64,000 nt of DNA from Octopus sinensis. Taxonomy: Eukaryota. Numbering within the stretch: the first letter of the stretch is position 1; every line of letters starts with the position of its first letter. Location of the stretch: assembly GCF_006345805.1 (NCBI RefSeq), contig NC_043014.1, positions 8,804,001-8,868,000 on the forward strand, read 5' to 3'. Of this stretch, positions 12,006 through 25,662 are shown one piece after another. The notes below the pieces were generated by a model. It was not told the DNA's origin. It worked only from the letters and a program-made list of their open reading frames with translations, and made no database searches. Both the position numbers and the translations under genes were made by a program.

Positions 12006-13770
12006 TTTACTTTTGTTATTTACCGGTTGTGGATGAGTGGTTAGGGCGTCAGCATCATGATCGTAAGATTGTGGTTTCGATTCCTGGACCGGGCGACGCG
12101 TTGTGTTCTTGAGCAAAGCACTTCATTTCACATTGCTCCAGTCCACTCAGCTGACAAAAATGAGTAACGCTGCGATGGACTAGTATCCCGTCCAGCTGGG
12201 TGACACATACGCCATAGAAACCGGGAAACCGGGCCCATGAGCCTGGCTAGGCTTTAAAAGGGCGCATATATAGCACCACATAACCTGGTGTCCCTTGTCC
12301 TTTTGTAAGACACTAAACCGTGGTTCAAAGACGATTTAGTTATTATTTCTAGCAGTTTCAGAACCCGGGAACTATGGAAGCTCTTCCGAGGCGTTGTTCA
12401 CGATAGTTATGGCACACACAGTAGAAATCCCCCACTACACGTTTTTACTGTAACCAAACAGTTTGGCACTTCATGATTCTAGCTTCAAATCCTACCAGAA
12501 CTGCCTTTGCATTCTATCTTACCATTTCCCGATACTTAATTCATTTGGCACTTCGTCCTTTCGTCCCTCCCATAATATTTACAAATACCTATTTCTTTAC
12601 TACCCACAAGGGGCCAAACACAGAGAGGACAAACAAGGACTGACAAACGGATTAAGTCGATTATATCGACCCCAGTGCGTAACTGGTACTTATTTAATCG
12701 ACCCCGAAAGGATGAAAGGCAAAGTCGACCCCGGCGGAATTTGAACTCAGAACAGGGCGCTTAGTAATGGTAGGGTGCTTAAGTGCCTTGTATTTCAGTT
12801 ACGTCCCTTTATTTTCTGTTTGCAAATCGTCCTGGGGTTAACTTTACTTTCCATCTCTAAAGGTGTCTTAGTATTTTATCGAAACCCACGGAAATCAATT
12901 TTGCCTTTCATCCTTCACCGCCATCGTCGTCGTCATCATCATCATCATCAGCCTCTTGGCATTACCGTCTCATGTTGAAGGACTTGTAGGGGCCAGTTAT
13001 CAGGTTTCCACGTCGTATAATTAACCGAGGTCACAACATACCCGTTGGACCCGATGCCTGTCCGCTGCAGGGTTACTCTTTTACGGCTAAGCTAACTGGA
13101 GCAATGTGAAACAAATTGTTTTGCTCAAGAACACGATGCACTGCCCAGTCCGAGAACCGAAACCATGATCTTGCGATCGTAAGTGCCAACACCTTGACCA
13201 CTAGGCCACGAGCTTTCATATCGTTTTTATCCTTCAGGGATCGATAAAATAAAGTACCAGTCAAGTACTAGAGTTGATGATATCAACTAATCCCTTCCCT
13301 CTGCCTATATATATATATATATGTGTGTGTGTGTGAGGCGCAATGACCCAGTGGTTAGGACAGCGGACTCGCGGTTGTAGGATCGCGGTTTCGATTCCCA
13401 GACCGGGCGTTGTGAGTGTTTATTGAGCGAAAACACCTAAAGCTCCACGAGGCTCCGGCAGGGGGTGGTGGTGATCCCTGCTGTACTCTTTCGCCACAGC
13501 TTTCTCTCACTCTTTTTTCTGTTGGCCTGCTCGCTTAGCCAGCAAGGTGGCATCATTTGAAGGCTAAAACAATGCGAAGCGCATTGTGACCAGCGATGTG
13601 TAGCAACATCTGATACCCTGGTCGGTCACGGTGAGATATATATATATATATGTATAAAGTCAATAATAAAAGGGTAAAATTAATTAATTATTTAATTATT
13701 AATTAATAATTTTACCAAGTAGTGTTCAGTATGTGAAAAGACCATTTATGGTATATTTAAAACATTACGT

Positions 13771-13983
13771 TATATAATTAGGGTTCAGTAAAAAAAATTT
13801 ACTTTACCGCACACCGAAATTTTAGAAATAGCAGCCAAAACGTTTAGCTATTTTCTCTACTATAAGAAAAGTCTCCCAGACAATGTATGGAGACTTTTCT
13901 TATAGTAGAGGAAATAGCTAAACTTTTTGGCTGCTATTTTTAAAAGTTCGGCGTGTGGTAAAGTAAATTTTTTTACTGAACCC

Positions 13984-13993
<10 letters not shown>
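13771..13993. repeat. Near-perfect palindrome, ~106-bp arms, 12-nt loop
   Basis: tatataattagggttcag...aaaagtctcc / ggagactttt...ctgaaccctaattatata. Confidence 0.93.
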
Positions 13994-14039
<46 letters not shown>

Positions 14040-14876
14040 CACGTACATACAAATACATCACACAAGCAAACTGACAGATAGATAGGTACACAGACAGAAA
14101 ATACAATGTTGTGTATGGAAAATAACTAGTGTTATTTAATCCTCTAAAATCTGCAATGTTACTGGTCTATCGTTCACAACTGAGCTATTTCTAATTCATT
14201 GCCTGATAAGATTTTTGTAAACCCGTTCAGAGCATACAATACCACAATCAACTCTTCAACCTACATTTTAACCTGACATACTTTTTATTTACATTTAACG
14301 GATATTTATAAATATATAGATATAGAACTACACCTTTTACTGTTTTCATTTGTCAACTCTAGGTAGGTAAATTGGACATGGCCCTTGATCCATAATCTAT
14401 CATTATCATCATCAATATTTAACGTCAGTTTTCCATGCTGGCATGGGTTGGACGGTTTGACTGAGGGCTGGCAAGCCAGAAAGCTGCACCAGGCTCCATT
14501 CTGGCATGGGTTGGATGGTTTGACTGAGGGCTGGCAAGCCAGAAGGCTGCACCAGGCTTCAGTCTGGCATGGGTTGGACGGTTTGACTGAGGGCTGGCAA
14601 GCCAGAAGGTTGCACCAGGCTCCAGTCTGATTTGGCAATGTTTCTTCAGCTGGATGCTCTTCTTAATGCCAACCACTCCGAGAGAGTGTAGTGGGTGCTT
14701 TTTACATGCACCGGCATGAGGGCCAGTCAGGCGGTTACCGGCATCGACCATACTCAAATGATGCTTTTTACGTGCCACCTGCACGGGAGCCAGTCAAGCA
14801 GCACTGGCAACGACCACACTCGAATGGTGCTTTTTCTGTCATTCTTGCTTTTTTTTTTTTTTTTTACCATTTCTAG

Positions 14877-15089
<213 letters not shown>

Positions 15090-15221
15090 TGAGTAATCTT
15101 CAACACCTTTCGTATTCTTTAATAAGCTCTCTTTTATCGTTGTATTTGTATATCCGCTAGTACTACACACCAGCTCTCAATCCATTCACCATTTTCTCAA
15201 CGTATCAACAATTATATATAT

Positions 15222-15612
15222 TACTCTTTTACTTGTTTCAGTCATTTGACTGCGGCCATGCTGTAGCACCGCCTTTAATCGAGCAACTCGACCCCGGGAC
15301 TTATTCTTTTGTAAGCCCAGTACTTATTCTATCGGTCTCTTTTACCAAACCGCTAAGTAATGGGGACATAAACACGCCAGCATCGGTTGTCAAGCAATGC
15401 TAAGGGGACAAACACAAACATACATGCATACACATATATACATATATACGACAGGCTTCTTTCAGTTTCCGTCTACCAAATCCACTCACAAGGCTTTGGT
15501 CTGCCCGAGGCTATAGTAGAAGACACTTGCCCAAGGTGCCACACAGTGGGACTGAACCCGGGACCATGTGGTTGGTAAACAAGCTACTTACCACACAGCC
15601 ACTCCTGCGCCT
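15222..15612 (-). mobile_element. SINE family B, full length
   Basis: Same organisation as 10266-10677. Confidence 0.88.
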
Positions 15613-15619
15613 ATATATA

Positions 15620-16176
15620 CACTTGCGTCGGAAATTAATTAGCACTTCTCAAATTTCTACATTTTCTTAATTTAATTAACTTACTATCAGACATGAACTC
15701 GTTTTTAATCAAAAATTTATTAAAACATATCCCAGCACACCACATAATTGTTATTAATCGTGAAATTTAGTCAATATCTTGTTGCTCCTCCTTTGGCAGC
15801 AATGACAGCTGCTACGCGGGTCGGCATGCTGTCTATGAGTGCCTGCAGGTACTGTGCAGGGATGGCCCATCATGCAGCAAGAAGTGCCCCAAACAGCTCG
15901 TGTCGGTTCCTGTATTGCTGCACATTCAAATCCCTACCCAATCGACTCCAGAGGTTCTCAATAGGGTTCAGGTCAGGTGACTGGCCAGCACGTACTCCTC
16001 GCCACCAAAGAGGTATCCCGTACTATCTCAACGTACTTTGCTGCGTTGATGTTGCCTTCGACGGCATAGAGCCGCCCAACACCACTGTAGCTGAACGCCC
16101 CTCACACCATCAGACCACCCCCACCATGCTTCATGGTGAGCAAATCAAGGGTGCTAATTAATTTCTGACGGTAGTG
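15620..16176 (-). mobile_element. Internally deleted Tc1/mariner DNA transposon
   Basis: 26-bp TIRs (cacttgcgtcggaaattaattagcac / gtgctaattaatttctgacggtagtg) flanked by TA; the minus strand retains GQSPDLNPIENLW...LIDSMPTRVAAVIAAKGGATRY* and a GGGLMV-GAFSYSGVG segment. Confidence 0.92.
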
Positions 16177-16321
16177 TATATATAAAAAATATAAATTAGA
16201 GATAAAACCACTATTATGCAACTCAAACTAATTTGGGAAAACAAATTTCCTAATCAATCAGGTGTAACCCTACAGCGTTATATGCATCTACATGTCGTAC
16301 TTTGGGGTATTATTTATCGTA

Positions 16322-16732
16322 TACTCTTTACTCTTTTACCCTTTTACTTGTTTCAGTCAGTTGACTGCGGCCATGCTGGAGCACCGCCTTTAGTCGAGCA
16401 ACTCGACCCCGGGACTTATTCTTTGTAAGCCCAGTACTTATTCTATCGGTCTCTTTTGCCGAACCGCTAAGTGACGGGGACGTAAACACACCAGCATCGG
16501 TTGTCAAGTGATGCTAGGGGGCCAAACACATACACACAAACACATACACACACACACATATGTATATATACATATACATGACGGGCTTCTTTCAGTTTCC
16601 GTCTACCAAATCCACTCACAAGGCTTTGGTCGGCCCGAGGCTATAATAGAAGACACTTGGCCAAGGTGCCACGCATTGGGACTGAACCCGGAACCATGTG
16701 GTTGGTAAGCAAGCTACTTACTACACAGCCAA
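16322..16732 (-). mobile_element. SINE family B
   Basis: Same organisation. Confidence 0.85.
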
Positions 16733-16735
16733 TTT

Positions 16736-19700
16736 CATCATCATCATCATCATCATCATTTAACGTCCGCTTTCCATGCTAGCATGGGTTGGACGGTTCA
16801 ACTGGGGTCTGGGGAGCCCGAAGGCTGCACCAGGCCAGTCAGATCTGGCAGTGTTTCTACAGCTGGATGCCCTTCCTAACGCCAACCACTCCGAGAGTGC
16901 AGTGGGTGATTTTATGTGCCAGACGAGGCTGGCGAATGGCCACGCTCGGATGGTGTTTTTATGTGCCACCGACACAGGTGCAAGACGAAGCTGGCGAACG
17001 GCCACGCTCGGATGGTGTTTTTATGTGCCACCGACACAGGTGCCAGACAAGGCTAGCAGACGACCACGCTCGGATGGTGTTTTTATGTTCCACCGACACA
17101 GGTGCCAGACGAGGCTGGCGAACGGCCACGCTCAGATGGTGTTTTTATGTGCCACCGACACAGGTGCCAGACAAGGCTAGCAGACGACCACACTCGGATG
17201 GTGTTTTTTATGTGCCACCGACACAGGTGCCAGACGAGGCTGGCGAACGGCCACGCTCAGATGGTGTTTTTATGTGCCACCGACACAGGTGCCAGACAAG
17301 GCTAGCAGACGACCACGCTCGGATGGTGTTTTTTTATGTGCCACCGACACAGGAGCCAGATTAGGTTGGCGATCGGCCACGATTGGATGGTGATTGTTAC
17401 GTGCCCACGCATGGAGGCCAGTCAGTGCGGTACTGGCTACGGCCACGTTCGGATGGTTTTTTGTGTGCCACCGGCACTGGTACCACAAAGATACAAATTC
17501 CATTGATGTTCATCCATTTTGATTTTGTTTGATTTTCACTTGCCTCAACAGGTCTTCACAAGTGTCACAAGAAGGAAGGTATGCACAGGTGGACTGACTA
17601 CGTCCCAGGTAGGGGCCACGGGTTATGGCCTGACTAGTCTTGCCGGGTCTTCTCACGCACAGCATACTTCCATAGGTCTCGGTCTCTAGTCATTTCCTTG
17701 GTGAGACCTAAAGTTCGTAGGTCGTGCTTCACCACTTCGTCCCAGGTTTTCCTGGGTCTACCTCTTCCACAGGTTCCCTCAACTGCTAGGGTGTAGCACT
17801 TTTGCACACAACTATCTTCAGCCATTCTCGTCATATGACCATACCAGCGCAGCCGTCTCTCTTGCACACCACAACTGACGCTTCTTAGGTTCAACTTTTC
17901 TCTCAAGGTACTTACACTCTGACAATTATGAACACTGACATTACACATCCATCGGAGCATACTGGCTTCAATTCTTGCGAGCTTACGTATATCCTCAGCA
18001 GTCACGGCCCATGTTTCACTACCATGTAGCATGGCTGTACGTACACATGCATCATAAAGTCTGCCTTTTACTCTGAGCGAGAGGCCTTTTGTCACCAGCA
18101 GGGGTAAGAGCTCTCTAAACTTTGCCCAGGCTATTCTTACTCTAGCAGTTACACTTTCAGCACACCCCCCCCGCTACTGACTTGGTCTCCTAGGTAGCGG
18201 AAGCTATCAACTACTTCTAGTTTGTCTCCCTGGAACGTGGTAGAAGTTGGTCTCTGCACATTTCCAGTGTTTATTTCTCCTGAGCATCTGCCACATACGA
18301 AAACTATCTTCCCAGTTAGCCTACCTTTGACATTGCTGCACCTCTTATGTGTCCATAGCTTACACTTGGTGCACCTTATAGAGTTTCTACCTACACCTTT
18401 TTTACAGATCGAGCAGGGCCATCTACCTGAAGTCGTTTGTGGTTGGTCCACCTTCCTACTTATTAGACTTTGGTTTTGGCTAGGTTGATTCTAAGGCCCT
18501 TCGATTCTAATCCTTGTTTCCACACCTGAAACTTCTCCTCCAGTTCTGATAGTGACTCAGCAATTAGAGCAAGGTCATCAGCATAGAGGAGCTCCCAGGG
18601 GCATCCTGTCTTAAATTCTTCCGTTATTGCCTGGAGGACTAGGATAAATAGGAGGGGGCTGAGGACTGAACCTTGGTGGACCCCAACCTCTACCCGGAAT
18701 TCTTCACTGTACTCGTTGCCAACCCTCACCTTACTAGCAGCGTCTCTGTACATGGCTCGCACAGCTCTCACTAACCATTCATCTATCCCTAGTTTCCTCA
18801 TTGACCACCAGATAAGGGATCGGGGGACCCTGTCAAAGGCTTTCTCCAAGTCAACAAAAGCCAGGTACAAGGGCTTACCTTTGGCTAGGTATTTCTCCTG
18901 CAGCTGTCTTACCAGGAATATAGCATCAGTAGTACTTTTCCCTGGCACGAACCCAAACTGCATATCATCTAAGCTAACTCTCTCTCTAATTAACTGGGCT
19001 ATAACCCTCTCCGTAACCTTCATTACCTGATCCATCAGCTTGATGCCCCTGTAGTTATTTGTATCTAGGGCATCACCTTTACCTTTGTAGCAGTTGACTA
19101 TTATGCTGCTACACCAGTCATTGGGTATGACTCCTTCGTGTATCACCTGGTTAACTATACGGGTGACTATGCTATAGCCGACACTACCAGATATTTTGAG
19201 CATCTCTGCAGTAATTCCTGATGGTCCTGGGGCTTTTCCTGTCTTCATGCTTCTAATTGCCTTAGCTACCACGGAACTATCAACTCGGATAGCTGGTCCC
19301 TCTGTTGGGTCAACATTCGGCAGACTCTCTTTATCCCATTCATTTTCCTCATTCAGCAACCTTTCATAGTGGCGTCTCCAAGCTTCTCTCTTTGCATCCT
19401 CATTTAGCGCAAGTGAACCATCCTCCATGCGAACACATTTCTCTCCCACCACATCACGATTCTCTCTCACACACTGTCTTGCAACACGAAATACCTCAAG
19501 TCTTTCATCCTCACGGCGCAGGACATTGGCAAATTTTCTCTTATCTGCTTCCCCTCTGGCTAGATAGACCTGTCTCCTAGCTTCCCTTCTGGCAGTCTGA
19601 TACACTTCCCTGCTACCACCGTTCTTCCAGGCCTTCCAAGCCTGTTTCTTTTGTCTAATAGCCCTGTCAACAATATTGTTCCACCACCACGTTATTTTGG

Positions 19701-19746
19701 GTCTTAAGGGGACTTCGCACCAGCCACAGATCTGGTCAGCGGCTTT
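16736..19746 (-). mobile_element. 5'-truncated RTE-clade LINE, same family as 46783-51767
   Basis: ORF pieces 18463-19605, 18149-18451 and 17634-18095 are near-identical in protein to the second copy; same 3' UTR with 57-bp repeats and a (CAT)n tail on the + strand; truncated downstream of the endonuclease domain. Confidence 0.95.
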
Positions 19747-19799
19747 ATTTATCTATAAATATACAAAGTATCTGATAAAAGTCAGTATTCAGTTTCGGT

Positions 19800-20020
19800 G
19801 GGATTAATCAATATGTGAGTATTCTATTTGAGATAATACAGAAATAACCTAATGGGTATATCTTACAGTAAACTCATGGTATCAGTTTGCACATCATGAA
19901 ATAACACTTAAAGTGTTATTTCATGATGTGCAAACTGATATCATGTGTTTACTCTAAGATATACCCATTAGGTTATTTCTGTATTATCTCAAATAGAATA
20001 CCTGTATATCAATTAATCCC
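19800..20020. repeat. Near-perfect palindrome, ~109-bp arms, 3-nt loop
   Basis: gggattaat...gaaataacact taa agtgttatttc...attaatccc. Confidence 0.93.
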
Positions 20021-20114
20021 AAAAAATTGAATATATATATATATCTGTGTATTATTTTATTCTTTTATTTGTTTTTCAGTCATTTGACTGGCCATGCTGG
20101 AGCCCCACCTTTAG

Positions 20115-20160
<46 letters not shown>

Positions 20161-20275
20161 AATATTAGGGAATAAATCCAAATTTACAGGGAAAAAAATC
20201 AGATTTAGGATTAAATCCAATTTATAGTAAAATATTATATAATTCATAATTTGAAACTGACTTGAAAATGGAAGT

Positions 20276-20318
20276 CCACCTGAAGATTGTCAATCAGGAC
20301 AAGAAACAATTGTAGTGG
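20276..20318 (+). ncRNA. Solo type I hammerhead ribozyme in a (TA)n-flanked element
   Basis: CCAC-CUGAAGA-UUGUC aaucag GACAA-GAAAC AAUU GUA|GUGG: intact core, 4-bp stem I, 5-bp stem II, palindromic stem III. Confidence 0.82.
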
Positions 20319-20404
20319 CGTTTTTTTTTGACTTTTTATTAAAATTTTATGTATTGATTAAGTCTTTCCTTGTTTGTTTTGCAAAATAGTGGTTTTGTCT
20401 CTAA

Positions 20405-20439
<35 letters not shown>

Positions 20440-20445
<6 letters not shown>

Positions 20446-20682
20446 CACCATCCGAGCGTGGCCGTTTGCCAGCCTCGTCTGGCACCTGTGTCGGTGGCAC
20501 ATAAAATCACCCACTACACTCTCGGAGTGGTTGGCGTTAGGAAGGGCATCCAGCTGTAGAAACACTGCCAGATCTGACTGGACTGGTGCAGCTTTCGGGC
20601 TCCCCAGACCCCAGTTGAACCGTCCAACCCATGCTAGCATGGAAAGCGGACGTTAAATGATGATGATGATGATGATGATGAT
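20440..20682 (+). mobile_element. Short 3' fragment of the RTE LINE 3' UTR or a tail-sharing SINE
   Basis: Matches 51530-51760 and ends ggacgttaaa(tga)n. Similar pieces at 14405-14830, 23210-23517, 30820-31140, 31645-31955, 32560-32885, 34005-34280, 54310-54505 and 63430-63572. Confidence 0.85.
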
Positions 20683-21435
20683 ATATATATATATATATAT
20701 ATATATAACTAAAGGTGTATATATCTTTTGCTGAACTGGTAAGTTACGGGGACATAAACACACCAGCATCGGTTGTCAAGCAATGTTGAGGGGACAAACA
20801 CAGACACACAAACACGCACACACATATATATACATATATATATATATATATAAAAATACAAAATGGGACAAGAACGCAAAACATCAAGATAGACGATACA
20901 AAAAACACGGACGGGACATTCGAAGCCTTTAATCTTCAGTCAAGAACCGGATCATCCTTGCAATTTCGGCTGATTAATCTTAAGATTGCTCCAATTAGGC
21001 CAACCCCAAGGAAAAACTAAGCTAAGAGCATTAGATTCCTTGGAAAAAAGCAAAGAGTGTATATGAAACAAGGACAGGAAAACAGATGATGTTACACGAA
21101 TATAAATACAAAAATAATACAAAAAAACCATATATATATATATGACGGGCGTCCACTCACAAGGCTTTGGTCGGCCCGAGGCTATAGTAGAAGACACTTG
21201 GCCAAGGTGCCATGCAGTGGGACTTGACCCGGACCCATGTGGTTGATAAGCAAGCTACTTACCACACAGCCTTTTTAATCATATCTAATGTGCCTACTAT
21301 GATAGGAATTGTTTCTGTTTTTAGACTCCACTTTCTGGTTACCTCTATTTCCAGGTCTTTGTATTTTGATAGTTTCTCCATTTCTTTTAGAAAAACATTG
21401 TCACCTGTTGGTATTGATACATCGACTAGAAAGCA

Positions 21436-21466
<31 letters not shown>

Positions 21467-21475
21467 TTTATAGTA

Positions 21476-22015
21476 AGGCGGTGAGCTGGCAGAATTGTTA
21501 GCACGCTGGACAAAATGCTTAGCACCATTTCATCCGTCTTTATATTCTGCCGAGGTGGACTTTGCCTTTCATCTTTTCATGGTCAGTCAAACAAGTACCT
21601 ACTTCTTTACTACCCACAAGGGGCTAAACACAGTGGGGCAAACAAGGAGAGACAAACGGATTAAGTCAATTACATCGACCCCAGTGCGTAACTGGTACTT
21701 CATTTATCGGCCCCGAAAGGATGAAAGGCAAAGTCAACCTCGGTGGAATTTGAACTTAGAACGTAGCAGCAGACGAAATACCTATTTCTTTACTACTCAC
21801 AAGGGGCTAAACACAGAGAGGACAAACAAGGACAGACAAATGGATTAAGTCGATTACATCGACCTCAGTGCGTAACTGGTACTTATTTAATCGACCCCGA
21901 AAGGATGAAAGGCAAAGTCAACCTCAGCAGAATTTGAACTTAGAACGTAACAGCAGACGAAATACTGCTAAGCATTTCGCCTGGTGTGCTAACAATTCTG
22001 CCAGCTCGCCGCCTT
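21476..22015. mobile_element. SINE family A, inverted pair (+ partial head, then - dimer)
   Basis: ggcggtgagctggcag head at 21476 on +; reverse-oriented modules 21597-22015. Confidence 0.8.
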
Positions 22016-22144
22016 AAACAAGTCAAAGAAATATCAGTTGTGTAAGGGGCTCGATGTCATCAACTTACCTTCTCCCTAAAAAGTTCACACCTTGTGCCTC
22101 TAATGAAAAAGATAATTAATTTTAGATTTTCATTTTACTTGCAG

Positions 22145-22202
22145 AAACCTGGAGGTTCTAAACAAGGCGGCTGATGAAATCTCTCAGAAAACTGGCAACA
22201 CT
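22145..22202 (+). CDS. DECR1: DECR1 exon 3
   Basis: ttgcAG acceptor; 58 bp encoding NLEVLNKAADEISQKTGNT (human KMDVLKATAEQISSQTGNK recalled); GT donor; phases match both neighbours. Confidence 0.93.
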
Positions 22203-22867
22203 GTAATATGATTTCTCTTTTGTTATTCTATGTCTTCATTTGACGTTCTCATGTTGCAGTATGTGGAAGATTTAGGGGTCATTGTCTCTGCCATAAATTA
22301 ATCCTTTACCCTTCAAATTAATCTGTCAAATGTAAAGCTAATCTGCTCACATTGTTTTGAATTAATTATGTATTATCTCATAGCTTTAACCCTTTCATTA
22401 CTGTATTTATTTTGAGATGTTCTGTTTCTTTCCATTACTTTAAAAATAACAAAGAATTTAGTAAAATAACTTAGTTATCATTCAGCTGGTGTTAGGAAAA
22501 GTAAAAATTTTGCATTATGTAGCTTGTTATTCTCTTTAAGTGAACAATTTTCTGGTTGAAATACACCGAAAAATGGAGACACAGCAGTCAAAAAATTGTA
22601 AAAAAATAGGGATTTTCATAGACAAAAAGCACCATTTTGATTTTAATAATTTTTGGTGTTAACATGGTCCGATTTGAATTTTTTCTTCTACGGAAGGAAG
22701 AGCAAGCCTTTTTCTATCATACTCTCAATTTTGGTCAACTTGCGCCGCAGGGTCTCGGAGGAGATGGTTTTAGTTGAAGGCTACCAAACCTGCCATACAC
22801 AGACAACTTCAGCTTTATATATAGAGAGAGATTTGCTGAAAACTTGCATTTCTATGTATTTCTTCAG

Positions 22868-23102
22868 GTCCTTCCCATCGCTGCAGATGTCCGGGACATA
22901 GAAGCCATCCAAGGTGCTGTCGACAAATGCGAACATTCATTCGGTCTCCCCAACATTATTATCAACAACGCTGCCGGCAACTTTATATCGCCAACAGAAC
23001 GACTTTCTGCTAATGCTTGGAAGACCATCACAGACATCGTATTAAATGGAACTGCCAATGTGACTCTGGAAATTGGTAAACGACTCATTGAAGCCAAACA
23101 AG
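22868..23102 (+). CDS. DECR1: DECR1 exon 4
   Basis: VLPIAADVRDIEAIQGAVDKCEHSFGLPNIIINNAAGNFISPTERLSANAWKTITDIVLNGTANVTLEIGKRLIEAKQ contains the diagnostic NNAAGNFISPTERLS motif; AG/GT bounded. Confidence 0.97.
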
Positions 23103-23628
23103 GTAAACTAATAACAATATGTCTTTGGGATTTCCTGAATATTTTGTCTGGATTTTTTATGGATTTTATCAACATGTCTGGAGAAAATAGTATCTATTGG
23201 GTTGTGCCGGTGGCACATAAAAAGAACCATCCGAACATGGCCGATGCCAGCGCCGCCTTGGCTGGCTTCCGTGCCAGTGGCACGTTAAAAGCGCCAACCA
23301 ATCGTGGCCGATGCCAGACTCCCCTGGCACCTGTGCCGGTGGCACATGAAAAGCACCCACTCTACTCGCGGAGTGGTTGACGTTAGGAAGGGCATCCAGC
23401 TGTAGAAACACTGCCAGATCAGACCGGAGCCTGGTGCGGCCCCTGGCTTCCCAGACCCCGGTCGAACCGTCCAACCCGTGCTAGCGCGGAAAACGGAGGT
23501 TAAACGATGATGATGATTTGGTTTTTACCTTTTATTTTAATCTTTATTTTTCATCAGCAATTCTAACAAATCAGTCTGTGATATATTCTTCTTCTTTGTT
23601 CACAAATTCTTGCCAACATTCCACTGGC

Positions 23629-24358
23629 TTAACCCTTTCATTATTATATTTCTGTTGAGATGCTCTATGTTTCTTTTAATTAATTGTAAAAATAACAAAG
23701 AATTTAGTAAAATAATTTAGTTATCTATAAGCTAGTGTTAGGAACATAAATTGTGACTAAAGTTTGGAGGAAGATTTTAATTCAAAACTTATGGAAACAA
23801 GACATTTGTACTACAGAGCCAGAGGCGGTTTCAGCCAGGTTGGTATCAAAAGGGTTAAGAATTGTTTCTCTATTATTTATTTTAACCCTTTTGTTACCAT
23901 ATTTCTGTTGAGATGCTCTTTCTTTCAATTAATTTTAAATATAACAAAGAATTTAGTAAAATAACTTCGTTATCATTCAGATAGTGTTAGCAACATAAAT
24001 TGTGACTAAGGTTTGGTGAAAGATTTTAATTCAAAACTTATGAAAACAAGACATTTGTACTCCGAACCAGAGGTGGTTTCAGCCAGGTTGGTATTGAAAA
24101 GATTAAGAATTGTTTCTCTATTATATATTTTAACCCTTTTGTTACCATATTTCTGTTGAGATGCTCTGTGTTTCTTTCAATTAATTTTAAATATAACAAA
24201 GAATTTAGTAAAATAACTTAGTTATCATTAAGCTAGTGTTAAGAACATAAATTGTGACTAACGTTTGTGGAAGATTTTAATTTAAATCTTATGAAAGAAA
24301 GATATTTGTACTCAGAGCCAGAACCAGTTTCAGCCAAATTGGTAATGAAAGGGTTAAA
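23629..24358. repeat. Three tandem ~230-250-bp piggyBac-like MITEs
   Basis: Each unit starts TTAA|CCCTTT and ends AAAGGG|TTAA or a variant. Related copies near 22386 and 32056. Confidence 0.65.
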
Positions 24359-25058
24359 GGCAGTGAGCTGGCAGAATCGCTTCCATACTGGTAAAAAAAG
24401 TTTAGCAACATTTCTTCCAACCTTACATTCTGAGTTCAAATATTGCCAGAGTCAACTATGCTTTTTGGCCTATCAGGGTCGATAAACAAGTACCAGTTAT
24501 GCACAATGTGTCGTTGTAATCAACTTGCCCCCCACCCTCGAAATTGCTGGCCTTGTGCCATAATTTAAAGCCAATATTCCACCAGCTTGTCAATGCCTCA
24601 ATGGTAGAAATTACCTGGTCTTCAGTCAAAGAATTCATCAAGTCACATTTTCAGCTTCGTGTCTTTGTTGAAGAAAATGCCTTTCCAATTGATGGACACC
24701 ACAAAAGGCAATAATATCCTCTGGCCTACAGTGTCTCAGAAGGTTTGTGACCCTGCTGGGTCTGGGGCCACTTACAAAAGCATCCAGTTCATACTGTAAA
24801 GTGGTTGGCATTTGGAAAGGCATCCAGCCGTAAAAATCATGGCAGAACTGACCTCGATTGTGCTGGTACAACTTAAAAAGCACACAGTCCACTCTGTGGG
24901 TTGGTTGGTGTTAGGAAGGGCATCAGACTATAAAAACTTTGCCAAAACAGACACCGAAGCCTGGTTGCAGGCTCCTGCCTGGACGCATCCTGTCAAACCA
25001 TCCAACCCATGCCAGCATGGAAGGAGGACATTAACTGATGATGATGATGAATTCTTAA

Positions 25059-25190
<132 letters not shown>

Positions 25191-25499
25191 TAAGACATTT
25201 TTATTCGTCTCTTTTAAATATGTCTTTAATTGTGTGTGTGTTTGTGTGTGCATTTTTCATCTCTTATATCCACAGTCATTGAACTGTGGCCATGCTGGTG
25301 CGCCGCCTTAAATGGTTTACTCAAATGAATCAATCCCAATACTTACTTTTTTTTTAGTCTGATCCTTATTCTATGGATTCCTTTTGCTGAACTGCTAAGT
25401 CACAAGAACATAAATGAAGCAAAACTGGTTGTCAAGAGGTAGTCAAGAACCAGCACAATCGCGAGGGGACACACACACACGTGTGTGTATCTATGTATA

Positions 25500-25662
25500 C
25501 CATATTTTAACGTGTATAAGGAACCTGCTAACTTTTTTTGGCTTAAAATTTAGAAAAAAGGGTTTGTAAGGGATTATAATATTATCCATGTATAAGAAAC
25601 CCCCATATTTTTTTAACCTAATTTTTGGCAAAAATCTGTTCCTTATACACATTAAAATATGA
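25500..25662. mobile_element. TA-flanked MITE (Tc1/mariner superfamily-like)
   Basis: 24-bp TIRs ccatattttaacgtgtataaggaa / ttccttatacacattaaaatatga, with TA on both sides. Confidence 0.7.

Noticed and set aside
20905-20950. Minus-strand CUGAAGA...GAAUGUC in a TA-bounded insert
   Set aside because: GAAA is incomplete and stems I and II do not pair properly; possibly a decayed relative but not supportable.
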